Positions 9,817 through 18,973 of a DNA stretch of 32,000 nucleotides are shown piece by piece. Made by a program: the position numbers and the translations under genes. Location of the stretch: NCBI RefSeq assembly GCF_003010495.1, contig NZ_CP027570.1:1170001-1202000 (forward strand), given 5' to 3'. Position 1 is the first letter of the stretch, and each line of letters begins with the position of its first letter. The stretch is from Megasphaera elsdenii DSM 20460. GTDB taxonomy: Bacteria > Bacillota > Negativicutes > Veillonellales > Megasphaeraceae. Under the pieces are notes generated by a model, which saw nothing but the letters and a program-made list of their open reading frames with translations, was not told the origin of the DNA and searched no databases.

Positions 9817-10317
9817 ATGGCAAAAGTTGACCATGCAGGTCTCGAATTACAGGAAAATGTAGTATTCATCAACCGCGTTGCTAAGGTAGTTAAAGGCGGC
9901 CGCCGTTTTTCCTTCAGTGCCCTCGTTGTTGTCGGTGACGGCAACGGCAATGTCGGCGCAGGTTTAGGTAAAGCTGGCGAAGTTCCTGAAGCAATCCGTA
10001 AAGGCGTTGAAGACGCTAAGAAACATATGATTTCCGTTCCTCTCAAGAACGGCTCCATCCCCCACACGATCACAGGTATCTTCGGTGCAGGCAAAGTATT
10101 CCTGAAACCGGCTGCTGAAGGTACTGGCGTCATCGCTGGCGGTCCGGTCCGTGCCGTATTGGAACTGGCAGGCGTCCGCAACATCCTCACCAAATCGATC
10201 GGTTCTTCCAACCCGAACAACATGGTTCAGGCAACCCTCGAAGGCTTGAGCCGCTTGAAGGATGTCAACAAAGTTGCTGAACTCCGTGGCAAAACTGTAG
10301 AAGAAATTTACGGTTAA
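9817..10317 (+). CDS. rpsE: 30S ribosomal protein S5
   Basis: 166 aa with motif [16 protein letters not shown]. Confidence 0.98.
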   Translation: MAKVDHAGLELQENVVFINRVAKVVKGGRRFSFSALVVVGDGNGNVGAGLGKAGEVPEAIRKGVEDAKKHMISVPLKNGSIPHTITGIFGAGKVFLKPAAEGTGVIAGGPVRAVLELAGVRNILTKSIGSSNPNNMVQATLEGLSRLKDVNKVAELRGKTVEEIYG

Positions 10318-10335
10318 TAAGGAGGATATGACAAG

Positions 10336-10515
10336 ATGGCTCAGGTTAAAGTTACTCTCGTAAAGAGTTTGGCAGGCCGTCCTGGTGACCAGCGCGCAAC
10401 CATCGTTGCCCTCGGTCTCCACAAGACGAACTCCAGCGTAGTAAAAGAAGTTACCCCGCAGATCAAAGGGATGCTTCACAAAGTAGAACACTTAGTAAAA
10501 GTAGAAGAAATCTAA
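10336..10515 (+). CDS. rpmD: 50S ribosomal protein L30
   Basis: Not in the ORF track (59 aa). I translated it by hand as [62 protein letters not shown] ggagg. Expected slot between rpsE and rplO. Confidence 0.93.
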   Translation: MAQVKVTLVKSLAGRPGDQRATIVALGLHKTNSSVVKEVTPQIKGMLHKVEHLVKVEEI

Positions 10516-10536
10516 TATAGAAGGAGGTGCGCTGAA

Positions 10537-11001
10537 TTGAAACTTCATGAAATGAGTATTGTTCCTGGTTCCAAGAAAAAACGCAACCGCGTCGGCCGCG
10601 GCATCGGCTCCGGCAATGGCAAAACGGCTGGCAAAGGTATGAAAGGTCAGCTCTCCCGTAGCGGTGGCGGCAAGCGCCCGGGCTTCGAAGGCGGCCAGAT
10701 GCCGTTGTATCGTTTGCTCCCGAAACGCGGCTTCAAAAACATTTGGGCTAAAGAATATGCAGAAGTTAACGTTTCTGTACTCAACCGCTTTGAAGATGGC
10801 ACGACTGTCGATCCCGTCGCTCTCGTTGAAGCTGGCATCCTCAAGAATGTCCGCGATGGCGTCCGCATCCTCGGCAACGGTGAACTCGAAAAGAAACTCA
10901 CTGTCGTAGCTAACGGCTTCACGAAATCCGCTAAGGCTAAAATCGAAGCAGCTGGCGGCAAGGTTGTAGTACCGGGAGAAGAACCGGTAGCTGAACAGTA
11001 G
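10537..11001 (+). CDS. rplO: 50S ribosomal protein L15
   Basis: TTG start after RBS aaggaggt. Sequence [30 protein letters not shown]. Confidence 0.97.
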   Translation: MKLHEMSIVPGSKKKRNRVGRGIGSGNGKTAGKGMKGQLSRSGGGKRPGFEGGQMPLYRLLPKRGFKNIWAKEYAEVNVSVLNRFEDGTTVDPVALVEAGILKNVRDGVRILGNGELEKKLTVVANGFTKSAKAKIEAAGGKVVVPGEEPVAEQ

Positions 11002-11013
11002 GGGTGATTTGCG

Positions 11014-12276
11014 GTGTTAGAAAACATCCAAAACGTACTGAACGTCCCGGAATTTCGGAAACGGGCAGTCTTCACCCTCATCATGTTCGTCATTTTCAGA
11101 CTTGGCGTTCACATCCCCGTACCGGGCGTTGATTCGTCAGTCATTGAAAACCTCTTCAGCAGCGGCAACTTGTTCGGTCTTCTGGACTTGTTCGCCGGCG
11201 GGGCACTGAGTAAGTTCTCCGTCCTGGCCATGAGCATCACGCCGTACATCAACGCGTCGATCATCATGCAGCTGCTGACAGCCGTCGTCCCGACCTTTGA
11301 ACAATGGGCAAAGGACAATCAGGAAGGCCGCGATAAGATCCAAAAGGTCACGCGGTACGGTACGGTTGTCCTGGCGTTGATCCAGGCTTTCGCCATGAGC
11401 TATGCGCTGAAAGTCAACAATGCCCTCATCGTCGACAGCTGGGCCATGGTCGTCATGGTCTCGCTGATCCTCACGGCAGGCACGTGTTTCCTCATGTGGC
11501 TCGGTGACCAGATCACAGCTGGTGGGATCGGCAACGGCATTTCTCTCATCATCTTCGCGGGTATCGTAGCGCGTTTCCCTCAAGGGTGCATGACGATTTA
11601 CAAGTATATCCAGGCTGGTTCGATCAACATCTTCCAGGCCTTGCTTTTTGCTGTTATCGCCTTGTTCATGATCGTCGTGGTCATCGAAGTCACCCAGGGT
11701 CAGCGCCGCGTCACGGTACAGTATGCGAAACGTATCGTCGGCCGTAAGATGTATGGCGGTCACTCGACACACATTCCGCTGAAAGTCAACCAGGCTGGCG
11801 TCATTCCCATCATCTTTGCTTCGTCTGTACTGATGTTCCCGATTACCATCGCACAGTTCGTACAGAATGACACGATCCAGTGGGTCGCAAGCTTCTTTGC
11901 ATGGGGCACGGTGACCAACACCGTCATGTACGCACTCCTGATTATGTTCTTCACATATTTCTACACGGCTATTTCGCTGAACATCCCGCAGCTTACGGAA
12001 AATATGCAGAAATACGGCGGCTTCATCCCTGGCATCCGACCGGGTCAGCCGACGGCCATGTATATCGATCGCATCATGACGAGGATCACCCTCGCCGGTG
12101 CCTTCTTCCTGGCCTTCATTGCCATCCTGCCGAACTTCATCGGCTGGATCACGGGCATCGAAGGGGTCTACTTCGGCGGTACAGCCATCCTCATCGTCGT
12201 CGGTGTTGCCATCGACACGATGAAACAGGCAGAATCCTTAGTTTTGAATAGACAATATCAAGGATTTATGAAATAA
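11014..12276 (+). CDS. secY: Preprotein translocase subunit SecY
   Basis: 420 aa, polytopic, with conserved SecY motifs and the position after rplO. GTG start. Confidence 0.98.
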   Translation: MLENIQNVLNVPEFRKRAVFTLIMFVIFRLGVHIPVPGVDSSVIENLFSSGNLFGLLDLFAGGALSKFSVLAMSITPYINASIIMQLLTAVVPTFEQWAKDNQEGRDKIQKVTRYGTVVLALIQAFAMSYALKVNNALIVDSWAMVVMVSLILTAGTCFLMWLGDQITAGGIGNGISLIIFAGIVARFPQGCMTIYKYIQAGSINIFQALLFAVIALFMIVVVIEVTQGQRRVTVQYAKRIVGRKMYGGHSTHIPLKVNQAGVIPIIFASSVLMFPITIAQFVQNDTIQWVASFFAWGTVTNTVMYALLIMFFTYFYTAISLNIPQLTENMQKYGGFIPGIRPGQPTAMYIDRIMTRITLAGAFFLAFIAILPNFIGWITGIEGVYFGGTAILIVVGVAIDTMKQAESLVLNRQYQGFMK

Positions 12277-12292
12277 TAAGGGGGTAGTTTGA

Positions 12293-12943
<651 letters not shown>

Positions 12944-12945
12944 GC

Positions 12946-13698
12946 ATGATTATTTTAAAATCGAAACGGGAAATTGAGTATATTCGCGAAGCTGGCCGCA
13001 TTACTGCTAACGCACTTCAACTCATGAAGAAACTGGCTCAGCCTGGCATTACGACAGGCGAACTCGACCAGCGCTGTGAAGAATACATCCGCAGCTGCGG
13101 CGCTTTTCCGAGCTGCAAAGGCTACTACGGGTTCCCGGCAACCATTTGCGCCAGCGTAAATGAAGAAGTCGTCCACGGCATCCCGGGCCACCGCAAGCTC
13201 AAAGATGGCGATATAATCAGCATTGATTTAGTAGTAAACAAGAATGGCTACCATGGCGATTCGACGGTAACGATTCCTGTCGGCCACGTTCGTCCGGCGA
13301 CCCTCAAGCTCTTGAAGGTCACCGAAGAAAGCCTTTATAAGGGCATCGAACAGGCCGTAGCCGGAAATCACCTCGGCGACATCGGCCACGCAGTCCAGTC
13401 TTATGCCGAATCCTTCGGATACGGCGTCGTCCGCGACTACGTCGGCCACGGCATCGGCACGGATATGCATGAAGATCCGGAAGTGCCGAACTATGGCATG
13501 GCCGGTCACGGCGAACTGCTGGAACCGGGCATGGTCCTGGCCATTGAACCGATGATCAATATGGGCACCGAAAAGGTCCGCCAGCTGAAGAACGGCTGGA
13601 CCGTCGTCACGCGTGACGGCAAACCGGCAGCCCACTTCGAACATACAGTAGCCATCACGGAAAACGGTCCTGAAATTCTGACGTTACCGGAAGAGTAA
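12946..13698 (+). CDS. map: Type I methionine aminopeptidase
   Basis: 250 aa with MetAP metal-ligand context ([23 protein letters not shown]). Confidence 0.97.
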   Translation: MIILKSKREIEYIREAGRITANALQLMKKLAQPGITTGELDQRCEEYIRSCGAFPSCKGYYGFPATICASVNEEVVHGIPGHRKLKDGDIISIDLVVNKNGYHGDSTVTIPVGHVRPATLKLLKVTEESLYKGIEQAVAGNHLGDIGHAVQSYAESFGYGVVRDYVGHGIGTDMHEDPEVPNYGMAGHGELLEPGMVLAIEPMINMGTEKVRQLKNGWTVVTRDGKPAAHFEHTVAITENGPEILTLPEE

Positions 13699-13700
13699 GT

Positions 13701-13970
13701 ATGGAACGGACTCAGATGATACCTGTCTGCACGGTCGTAGAAAGCCTGGCAGGCAGGGATAAAGGCCACTTGTATGTTGTTGTCGGCAGTCTGGCTTATC
13801 CCTACGTATGGATTGCTGACGGTAGAAAGTACAACCTGGATAAGCCGAAGAAAAAGAATTGCCGGCATCTCCGGATATTGGGAACGAGCGTATCCACTGG
13901 AAGCGCTGGTCCCGCGAGAATCAGCAATGAATGGATACGGTCCGTCTTGAACCGGGCTGTGAAGAATTGA
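13701..13970 (+). CDS. Small KOW-domain-like RNA-binding protein (conserved hypothetical between map and infA)
   Basis: 89 aa. The segment [18 protein letters not shown] resembles a KOW motif. This slot is occupied by such genes in many Firmicutes. Function unknown. Confidence 0.6.
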   Translation: MERTQMIPVCTVVESLAGRDKGHLYVVVGSLAYPYVWIADGRKYNLDKPKKKNCRHLRILGTSVSTGSAGPARISNEWIRSVLNRAVKN

Positions 13971-13984
13971 CCAGGGAGGTTACT

Positions 13985-14203
13985 ATGTCGAAGGTAGATG
14001 TCATTGAAGTAGAAGGCGTCGTCGTTGAAGCTTTGCCAAACGCCATGTTCAAAGTCAAGCTTGAAAACGATCACATCGTGCTGGCTCATGTCTCCGGTAA
14101 AATGCGGATGAATTTCATTCGTATCCTTCCGGGCGACCGGGTCACACTTGAATTGACACCGTATGATCTGAATCGCGGTCGTATCACGTACCGCTTTAAG
14201 TAA
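13985..14203 (+). CDS. infA: Translation initiation factor IF-1
   Basis: 72 aa [28 protein letters not shown]...RITYRFK. The ATG at 13985 follows RBS agggaggt. The track start at 13931 overlaps the upstream gene. Confidence 0.97.
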   Translation: MSKVDVIEVEGVVVEALPNAMFKVKLENDHIVLAHVSGKMRMNFIRILPGDRVTLELTPYDLNRGRITYRFK

Positions 14204-14226
14204 GAGTATTACGCAGGAGGTTAACG

Positions 14227-14340
14227 ATGAAGGTAAAACCGTCAGTAAAAAAGATTTGCGAAAAATGCAAAATTATCAAACGTAAAGGCCGCGTCATGGT
14301 CATTTGCGAAAATCCGAAACATAAACAGAAACAGGGTTAA
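14227..14340 (+). CDS. rpmJ: 50S ribosomal protein L36
   Basis: Not in the ORF track (37 aa). Hand translation: [40 protein letters not shown] aggagg. Confidence 0.95.
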   Translation: MKVKPSVKKICEKCKIIKRKGRVMVICENPKHKQKQG

Positions 14341-14362
14341 TAAACAGGAGGTGAATGAATAG

Positions 14363-14731
14363 ATGGCACGTATAGCCGGTGTGGATTTACCACGTGATAA
14401 ACGAGTTGAAATTGGTTTGACTTACATTTTAGGTATTGGTCTTTCTTCTTCCCAGAAAATTCTGGCTAAGACTGGCGTAAACCCGGATACCCGCGTTCGC
14501 GACCTGACAGAAGACGAAGTACAGAAGATTCGTGAAGTCATCGGTTCTGAATATAAAGTTGAAGGCGACCTTCGCCGTGAAACAGCACTCAACATCAAAC
14601 GCCTGATCGAAGTTAATTCGTATCGCGGCAAACGTCATCGTGCAGGTCTTCCGGTCCGCGGTCAGCGCACCAAGACGAACGCACGTACCCGTAAAGGCCC
14701 GAGAAAAGCTGTAGCAGGTAAGAAGAAATAA
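14363..14731 (+). CDS. rpsM: 30S ribosomal protein S13
   Basis: 122 aa starting [22 protein letters not shown]. Confidence 0.98.
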   Translation: MARIAGVDLPRDKRVEIGLTYILGIGLSSSQKILAKTGVNPDTRVRDLTEDEVQKIREVIGSEYKVEGDLRRETALNIKRLIEVNSYRGKRHRAGLPVRGQRTKTNARTRKGPRKAVAGKKK

Positions 14732-14759
14732 GATTCTTTAAGTAAGGAGGGAAACGATT

Positions 14760-15149
14760 TTGGCTAAGAACGTAAGAAGCAACAAAAGAAAAGAAAAGAA
14801 ACATGTAGAATCGGGCGCAGCACATATCCGTTCTACTTTCAATAACACGATCGTTACGATCACTGACGCAAAAGGCAATGCATTGTCCTGGGCAAGTGCC
14901 GGCGGCCTCGGTTTCCGTGGTTCCCGTAAGAGCACTCCGTTCGCTGCACAGATGGCTGCTGAACAGGCTGCTAAAGCTGCTATGGAACATGGCCTCCGTC
15001 AGGTAGAAGTTTTCGTAAAAGGCCCGGGCTCCGGCCGTGAAGCTGCTATCCGCGCATTGCAGGCTGCAGGTCTTGAAGTCAACTCCATCAAAGACGTAAC
15101 TCCTATTCCGCATAACGGCTGCCGTCCGCCGAAACGGAGACGCGTATAA
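14760..15149 (+). CDS. rpsK: 30S ribosomal protein S11
   Basis: TTG start after RBS aaggaggg. Contains [16 protein letters not shown]...[11 protein letters not shown]. Confidence 0.97.
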   Translation: MAKNVRSNKRKEKKHVESGAAHIRSTFNNTIVTITDAKGNALSWASAGGLGFRGSRKSTPFAAQMAAEQAAKAAMEHGLRQVEVFVKGPGSGREAAIRALQAAGLEVNSIKDVTPIPHNGCRPPKRRRV

Positions 15150-15201
15150 TCGTAGATAATTAACCAAGGTGTTTTGATTCTGAAATAGGAGGATTTTCCT
15201 A

Positions 15202-16182
15202 ATGATCGATGATAACAAGTTTAAAGTTAAAACCGTCGAAATCAATGAAGACGGTACCTATGGAAAATTCGTATGTGAACCTCTCGATCGGGGTTACGGA
15301 ATCACATTGGGTAATAGTTTGCGGCGTGTCCTCCTGGCATCTCTGGATGGCGTAGCAATCACTTCGATTAAAATCGATGGTGTGCTCCATGAATTTTCGA
15401 CCATCCCCGGCGTCCGGGAAGATGTTTCGGAAATCATCCTCAACCTCAAACAGGTGCGGATGAAATTCTTGGATGATGATATTGACGCACTCGATATCAC
15501 CGTCGATATCTCTGGTGAATGTGAATTCACTGCAAACGATCTTAACGTAAACTCAGACATTGAAATTTTAAACCCGGATCTTCATATTGCCACATTGGAT
15601 ACGGATGCCAACATCCGCATGCAGTGCCACATTGAACGCGGCAAAGGGTATGTTCCTTCTACGAAGAACAAGAAAGAAACGGATATGATCGGGGTCATCC
15701 CCATCGATTCCATCTTTTCGCCTATTGTGCGCACCAACTACGAAGTAGGCAATATCCGGGTCGGCAACGAAATGGATTACGATTCGTTGACGCTTGAAGT
15801 GACGACGGATGGCAGCATCACTGCTGAAAACGCCGTCGCCAAAGCTGCATCCATTATGATCAGCTATTTGAACTACTTCCAGGACATCGCCACCGACGCC
15901 AAAGTCAACGACACATTGGCTGAATTTACCAACAAAGATGGCGAAGAACCGGAAGTACCGGAAGAACCGGACCTCAACGACATCAAGATTGATGTCCTCG
16001 ACCTCTCCGTACGCGCTTCGAATTGCCTGAAACGTGCAAATATCTACACCTTAGGCGACCTCGTAGAACGGACGGAAGACGACTTGTCCAAGATTCGCAA
16101 CCTCGGCAAGAAGTCTGTCGATGAAATCATTGAAAAGTTGCAAAAAGAAGGTTACGATTTAAAATCGAGTAACGAAGAATAG
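15202..16182 (+). CDS. rpoA: DNA-directed RNA polymerase subunit alpha
   Basis: 326 aa. The N-terminal domain contains GYGITLGNSLRRVLL. The C-terminal domain contains LDLSVRASNCLKRANI. Confidence 0.98.
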   Translation: MIDDNKFKVKTVEINEDGTYGKFVCEPLDRGYGITLGNSLRRVLLASLDGVAITSIKIDGVLHEFSTIPGVREDVSEIILNLKQVRMKFLDDDIDALDITVDISGECEFTANDLNVNSDIEILNPDLHIATLDTDANIRMQCHIERGKGYVPSTKNKKETDMIGVIPIDSIFSPIVRTNYEVGNIRVGNEMDYDSLTLEVTTDGSITAENAVAKAASIMISYLNYFQDIATDAKVNDTLAEFTNKDGEEPEVPEEPDLNDIKIDVLDLSVRASNCLKRANIYTLGDLVERTEDDLSKIRNLGKKSVDEIIEKLQKEGYDLKSSNEE

Positions 16183-16199
16183 TTCGAGGAGGATGAACG

Positions 16200-16538
16200 A
16201 TGGCTTATAGAAAGTTGGGACGAGACAGCTCCGCACGTAAAGCTTTGCTGCGCAGCATTGTCACCTCTTTATTCCAGCATGAACGCATTGAAACGACAGA
16301 AGCAAAGGCAAAAGAACTTCGCAAAGTCGCTGATAAAATGCTTACCCTCGCAAAACGCGGCGATCTCCACGCTCGCCGTCAGGTCTTGGCATACATGATG
16401 GATGAAGATGTTGTCAAAAAACTGTTTGACGAAATTGCACCGAAATACAAAGATCGTCAGGGCGGTTATACTCGCATCATCAAAACTGGCGTTCGTCAGG
16501 GCGATGCTGCTCCGATGGTAATCATCGAATTAGTATAA
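16200..16538 (+). CDS. rplQ: 50S ribosomal protein L17
   Basis: 112 aa starting [19 protein letters not shown]. Last gene of the alpha operon. Confidence 0.98.
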   Translation: MAYRKLGRDSSARKALLRSIVTSLFQHERIETTEAKAKELRKVADKMLTLAKRGDLHARRQVLAYMMDEDVVKKLFDEIAPKYKDRQGGYTRIIKTGVRQGDAAPMVIIELV

Positions 16539-16547
16539 GCTTGTAAG

Positions 16548-16583
16548 AAAAAAGGGGCTGTCGCATGTGCGACAGCCCCTTTT
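16548..16583. terminator. Rho-independent, potentially bidirectional terminator after rplQ
   Basis: A 12-bp perfect stem ggggctgtcgca / tgcgacagcccc (16554..16579) is preceded by A6 and followed by TTTT. Confidence 0.85.
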
Positions 16584-16618
16584 GAGTGGTTAGTGGCTAG
16601 CAGTTAGTAGTTAGCAAA
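16584..16618 (-). repeat. Degenerate 7-bp tandem repeat, the reverse complement of the CCACTAA family (gagtggt tagtggc tagcagt tagtagt tagcaaa)
   Basis: Read directly. Five heptads abut the terminator hairpin. On the minus strand this is the same heptads-then-GC-hairpin layout seen at 18439..18509, 21221..21260 and 25560..25593. Confidence 0.75.
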
Positions 16619-17080
16619 TGGCTCCCCTGATAGGGGAGCTGTCAGCGAAGCTGACTGAGAGGTTCTTACAGCGACCAGTCGTTCATACACTAATCAGGTC
16701 AACATGACATGGTTTTGCGAACGGCGAACAGCGGCTGCGACCGGCCGTTTATCTCGGACTCAGATGCGGCGTTCCGCCGCGACAGACTCAAACCGACAAC
16801 GACGCTTCGGGAAACCCTCAGCGCGTAGCGGGACGCCCTTTGGGCGTCCCCTACGAAATCGCATTCAGGCGATAATAAATAATCCACGGCCCGTGGCCTC
16901 GTGCGTAGGGGCCGTCCCAACGGGCGGCCCGCCGCGAACAATCGGCTATACACCAATCAGGTCAATGTGGCATGGTTTTGCGACCTGCGACCTGCGGCCT
17001 GCGACCGGTGCGCCCTATGAGGGCGCCCACGACCAACCAACCTCTCCGGCCTTTTAGGCCACCTCCCCTATAAGGGGAGG
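16618..17080 (+). repeat. Composite hairpin-dense repeat element, copy A (5' part, truncated by the IS insertion)
   Basis: Colinear with 25064..25507. It is a chain of 10 or more GC-rich stem-loops plus four TGCGRCC heptads (16979..17006). No reading frame is conserved between the copies. Confidence 0.85.
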
Positions 17081-17129
17081 TGGTCCTATGTCAAGATTTC
17101 GGACAAATTAAATTGAGGTTTTTCGTTTC

Positions 17130-18044
17130 TTAGATTCCCAGACGCATATTATGTTTCTGGAAATCAGCATACAGCTTTTCATAGTCATCCGGTGACATGT
17201 AGTTGCAATGGCTATGAATGCGTACGGTGTTGTAAAAGGTATTGATGTATTCAAACACCAACAAGTACGCTTGCTGATAATTTTGAATCTTGAAGCGATT
17301 GAGCCATTCCCGTTTAATCAGGGAGTGGAAGGATTCGATGCAGGCATTGTCCCATGGATAGCCTTTCTTCGAATAGCTGCGGCGCATTTGGGATGTCTCC
17401 CGAATATATGCCTGCGAAACATACTGGCAGCCACGGTCCGAATGGATAACCAACAGCTGTCCGGGTTTCCGGCATTGTTTGGCTTCCTGCAGCATCTTGA
17501 CGATGCCGGCGACGTCCAGATTACGGGCCAGATTCCAGGCGATGATTTTCCTGGAGAACAAATCCATAATGCTTTCCAAATAGACGAAACCTTCAGCTGT
17601 CCAGATATAGGTGATGTCGCTGCACCATACTTGATCCGGTTCTTCAGGATTGAAGCATTCCTGAAGGATATTCACCAGCGCCACGTCAAAGTCACTGTTA
17701 CGGGTCGTTACGGTGTAATGCTTTACCCAGCAGGCCTGAATGCCCATTTGCCGCATGTATACGCCAACTGTGCGTTCAGAGATACTGTCCCCGTTCTGCT
17801 GCATAACTTGGGCAATCTTCGGGGCTCCGTAAATCTGCTTGGAATCGTCGTAGATAGTTTGAATCTTTTTCTTCATCTCCTTGCGGTGCTGGGCCTGTTT
17901 CGATGGTTTGCGCGCCGCCCAGTCATAATATCCTGAAGAAGAAACGTCGAGTTCAGAAAGCACTCCGGACACCGAAAAACGACGTTCTGCCTGATGGGCA
18001 TTTTCGGCTTCTTCCTGGACACTGCGATAGATGGCAATGGTCAT
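17130..18044 (-). CDS. IS3-family transposase OrfB
   Basis: Identical 304-aa product to 107..1021. Confidence 0.93.
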   Translation of the reverse strand: MTIAIYRSVQEEAENAHQAERRFSVSGVLSELDVSSSGYYDWAARKPSKQAQHRKEMKKKIQTIYDDSKQIYGAPKIAQVMQQNGDSISERTVGVYMRQMGIQACWVKHYTVTTRNSDFDVALVNILQECFNPEEPDQVWCSDITYIWTAEGFVYLESIMDLFSRKIIAWNLARNLDVAGIVKMLQEAKQCRKPGQLLVIHSDRGCQYVSQAYIRETSQMRRSYSKKGYPWDNACIESFHSLIKREWLNRFKIQNYQQAYLLVFEYINTFYNTVRIHSHCNYMSPDDYEKLYADFQKHNMRLGI

Positions 18045-18322
18045 TTGTCCAGAATGCTGATAGCTTTTTTTAGGACATTCAACGCATCCTTCGCATCCCG
18101 CAGTTCACGCTGCAGACGGGCGATTTCCTTAGCTTCATCCGAAGCATAGTTGCCGGAACCACGATAAGGCATTTCGCCATTGTCCTTCAGCTGCTTTTGC
18201 CAACGGGACAAGGTTTGTGGAGCAATACCTAGATTCGTAGCACAGCCAACCAAGCCGAGTTCCCGATGTTCATGATAATATTTAACTGCGTTGATTTTGA
18301 ATTCTTTGTTGAATTTTGCCAT
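18041..18322 (-). CDS. IS3-family transposase OrfA
   Basis: Identical 93-aa product to 1018..1299. Confidence 0.9.
   Translation of the reverse strand: MAKFNKEFKINAVKYYHEHRELGLVGCATNLGIAPQTLSRWQKQLKDNGEMPYRGSGNYASDEAKEIARLQRELRDAKDALNVLKKAISILDK
18065..18071 (-). promoter_or_regulatory. -1 frameshift heptamer A_AAA_AAA of IS copy 2
   Basis: Same sequence context as 1042..1048. Confidence 0.75.
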
Positions 18323-18402
18323 ACTGAGGCCTCCTTAGTTAATCCTATTGTACCACCATTAGGAACCTCAGTTTGACTTGTCCTATTTATATGCTAACAC
18401 CA

Positions 18403-18509
18403 AGGCATAACGACGAACGCATCGCCGAAGGCGATAAGCCACGAGCCACTAACCACGAGCCACTAACCACTAACCACTAACCACTAACCACGGGCTCGCT
18501 ACGCGAGCC
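18403..18509 (+). repeat. 3' part of composite repeat copy A: hairpin atcgcc-gaa-ggcgat, eight CCAC(G/T)A(G/A) heptads (18439..18494), and hairpin ggctcgc-tac-gcgagcc (18493..18509)
   Basis: Read directly. It aligns with 25505..25593 once the IS and one AGG copy are removed. Confidence 0.85.
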
Positions 18510-18531
18510 TACCCCAAAAGGAGTGATATAA

Positions 18532-18966
18532 ATGCCATATCGTATGATGTTAGCTGTCAACTTTACACCGGAACGGCTGGAGCTGGTCAAGCTCCTGGCC
18601 CTCTTGACGAAATCAAAGGTCAAAGCGGTTACGGAAGATGAAAAAAGTGAAACCGTCGGCAAAGTCCTGGGACTGACGGACGATGAAATCGCTGAAATTG
18701 CAGCCATGAAACAGGAAACGGAACAGACCAAGGTCCATGAACAGATGAACGAAGACGAAAATCTTCCGCCTGTGACCAAGGAAGCTCTGATTCTCTGTGG
18801 CTTTGACAACAAGGCCGTCAACCTGCTCTTGAGCAGCATCCGCCGGGGGCGTCTGAAGAATGTTCCCCTCAAGGCGATGTTGACGCCGAACAACATTTCC
18901 TGGACTATCGAAACGATTTTGCAGGAATTGTCGAAAGAACACGAATATTTCCATAAAAAGAGGTAA
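18532..18966 (+). CDS. DUF3783-like small protein (function unknown)
   Basis: 144 aa. The C-terminal part (ILCGFDNKAVNLLLSSIRRGRLKNVPLKAMLTPNNISWTIETILQELSKEHEYF) resembles the DUF3783 pattern as I recall it from clostridial proteins. RBS aaaggag. Confidence 0.6.
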   Translation: MPYRMMLAVNFTPERLELVKLLALLTKSKVKAVTEDEKSETVGKVLGLTDDEIAEIAAMKQETEQTKVHEQMNEDENLPPVTKEALILCGFDNKAVNLLLSSIRRGRLKNVPLKAMLTPNNISWTIETILQELSKEHEYFHKKR

Positions 18967-18973
18967 GACGACT

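Larger units (their letters stand above)
17081..18402 (-). mobile_element. IS3-family insertion sequence, copy 2 (same sequence and orientation as copy 1 as far as compared)
   Basis: Same 1,322-bp element. OrfA, OrfB and an antisense-frame translation are all identical to copy 1. Flanked by a 3-bp direct repeat AGG (17078..17080 and 18403..18405). Confidence 0.93.

Noticed and set aside
15150-15201. Missing rpsD (S4) between rpsK and rpoA
   Set aside because: The 52-nt gap cannot hold a gene. An unlinked rpsD is normal in several Firmicutes such as Bacillus subtilis, so this is not an anomaly.
16699-17057. ORFs within the repeat blocks (1364..1621, 1453..1656, 16699..16956, 16704..17057, 24879..25076, 25064..25309, 25155..25388, 25407..25652)
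   Set aside because: They are translations of hairpin and heptad repeats. The two long composite copies differ by indels that break every frame, so one 117-aa frame in copy A is split over three frames in copy B. There are no RBSs, and the composition is Arg/Pro/Gly/Ala-rich and driven by GC palindromes.
18439-18494. CRISPR array or other spacer-repeat structure
   Set aside because: The repeats are contiguous 7-bp units or short palindromes without unique spacers of CRISPR size, and no cas genes are present.
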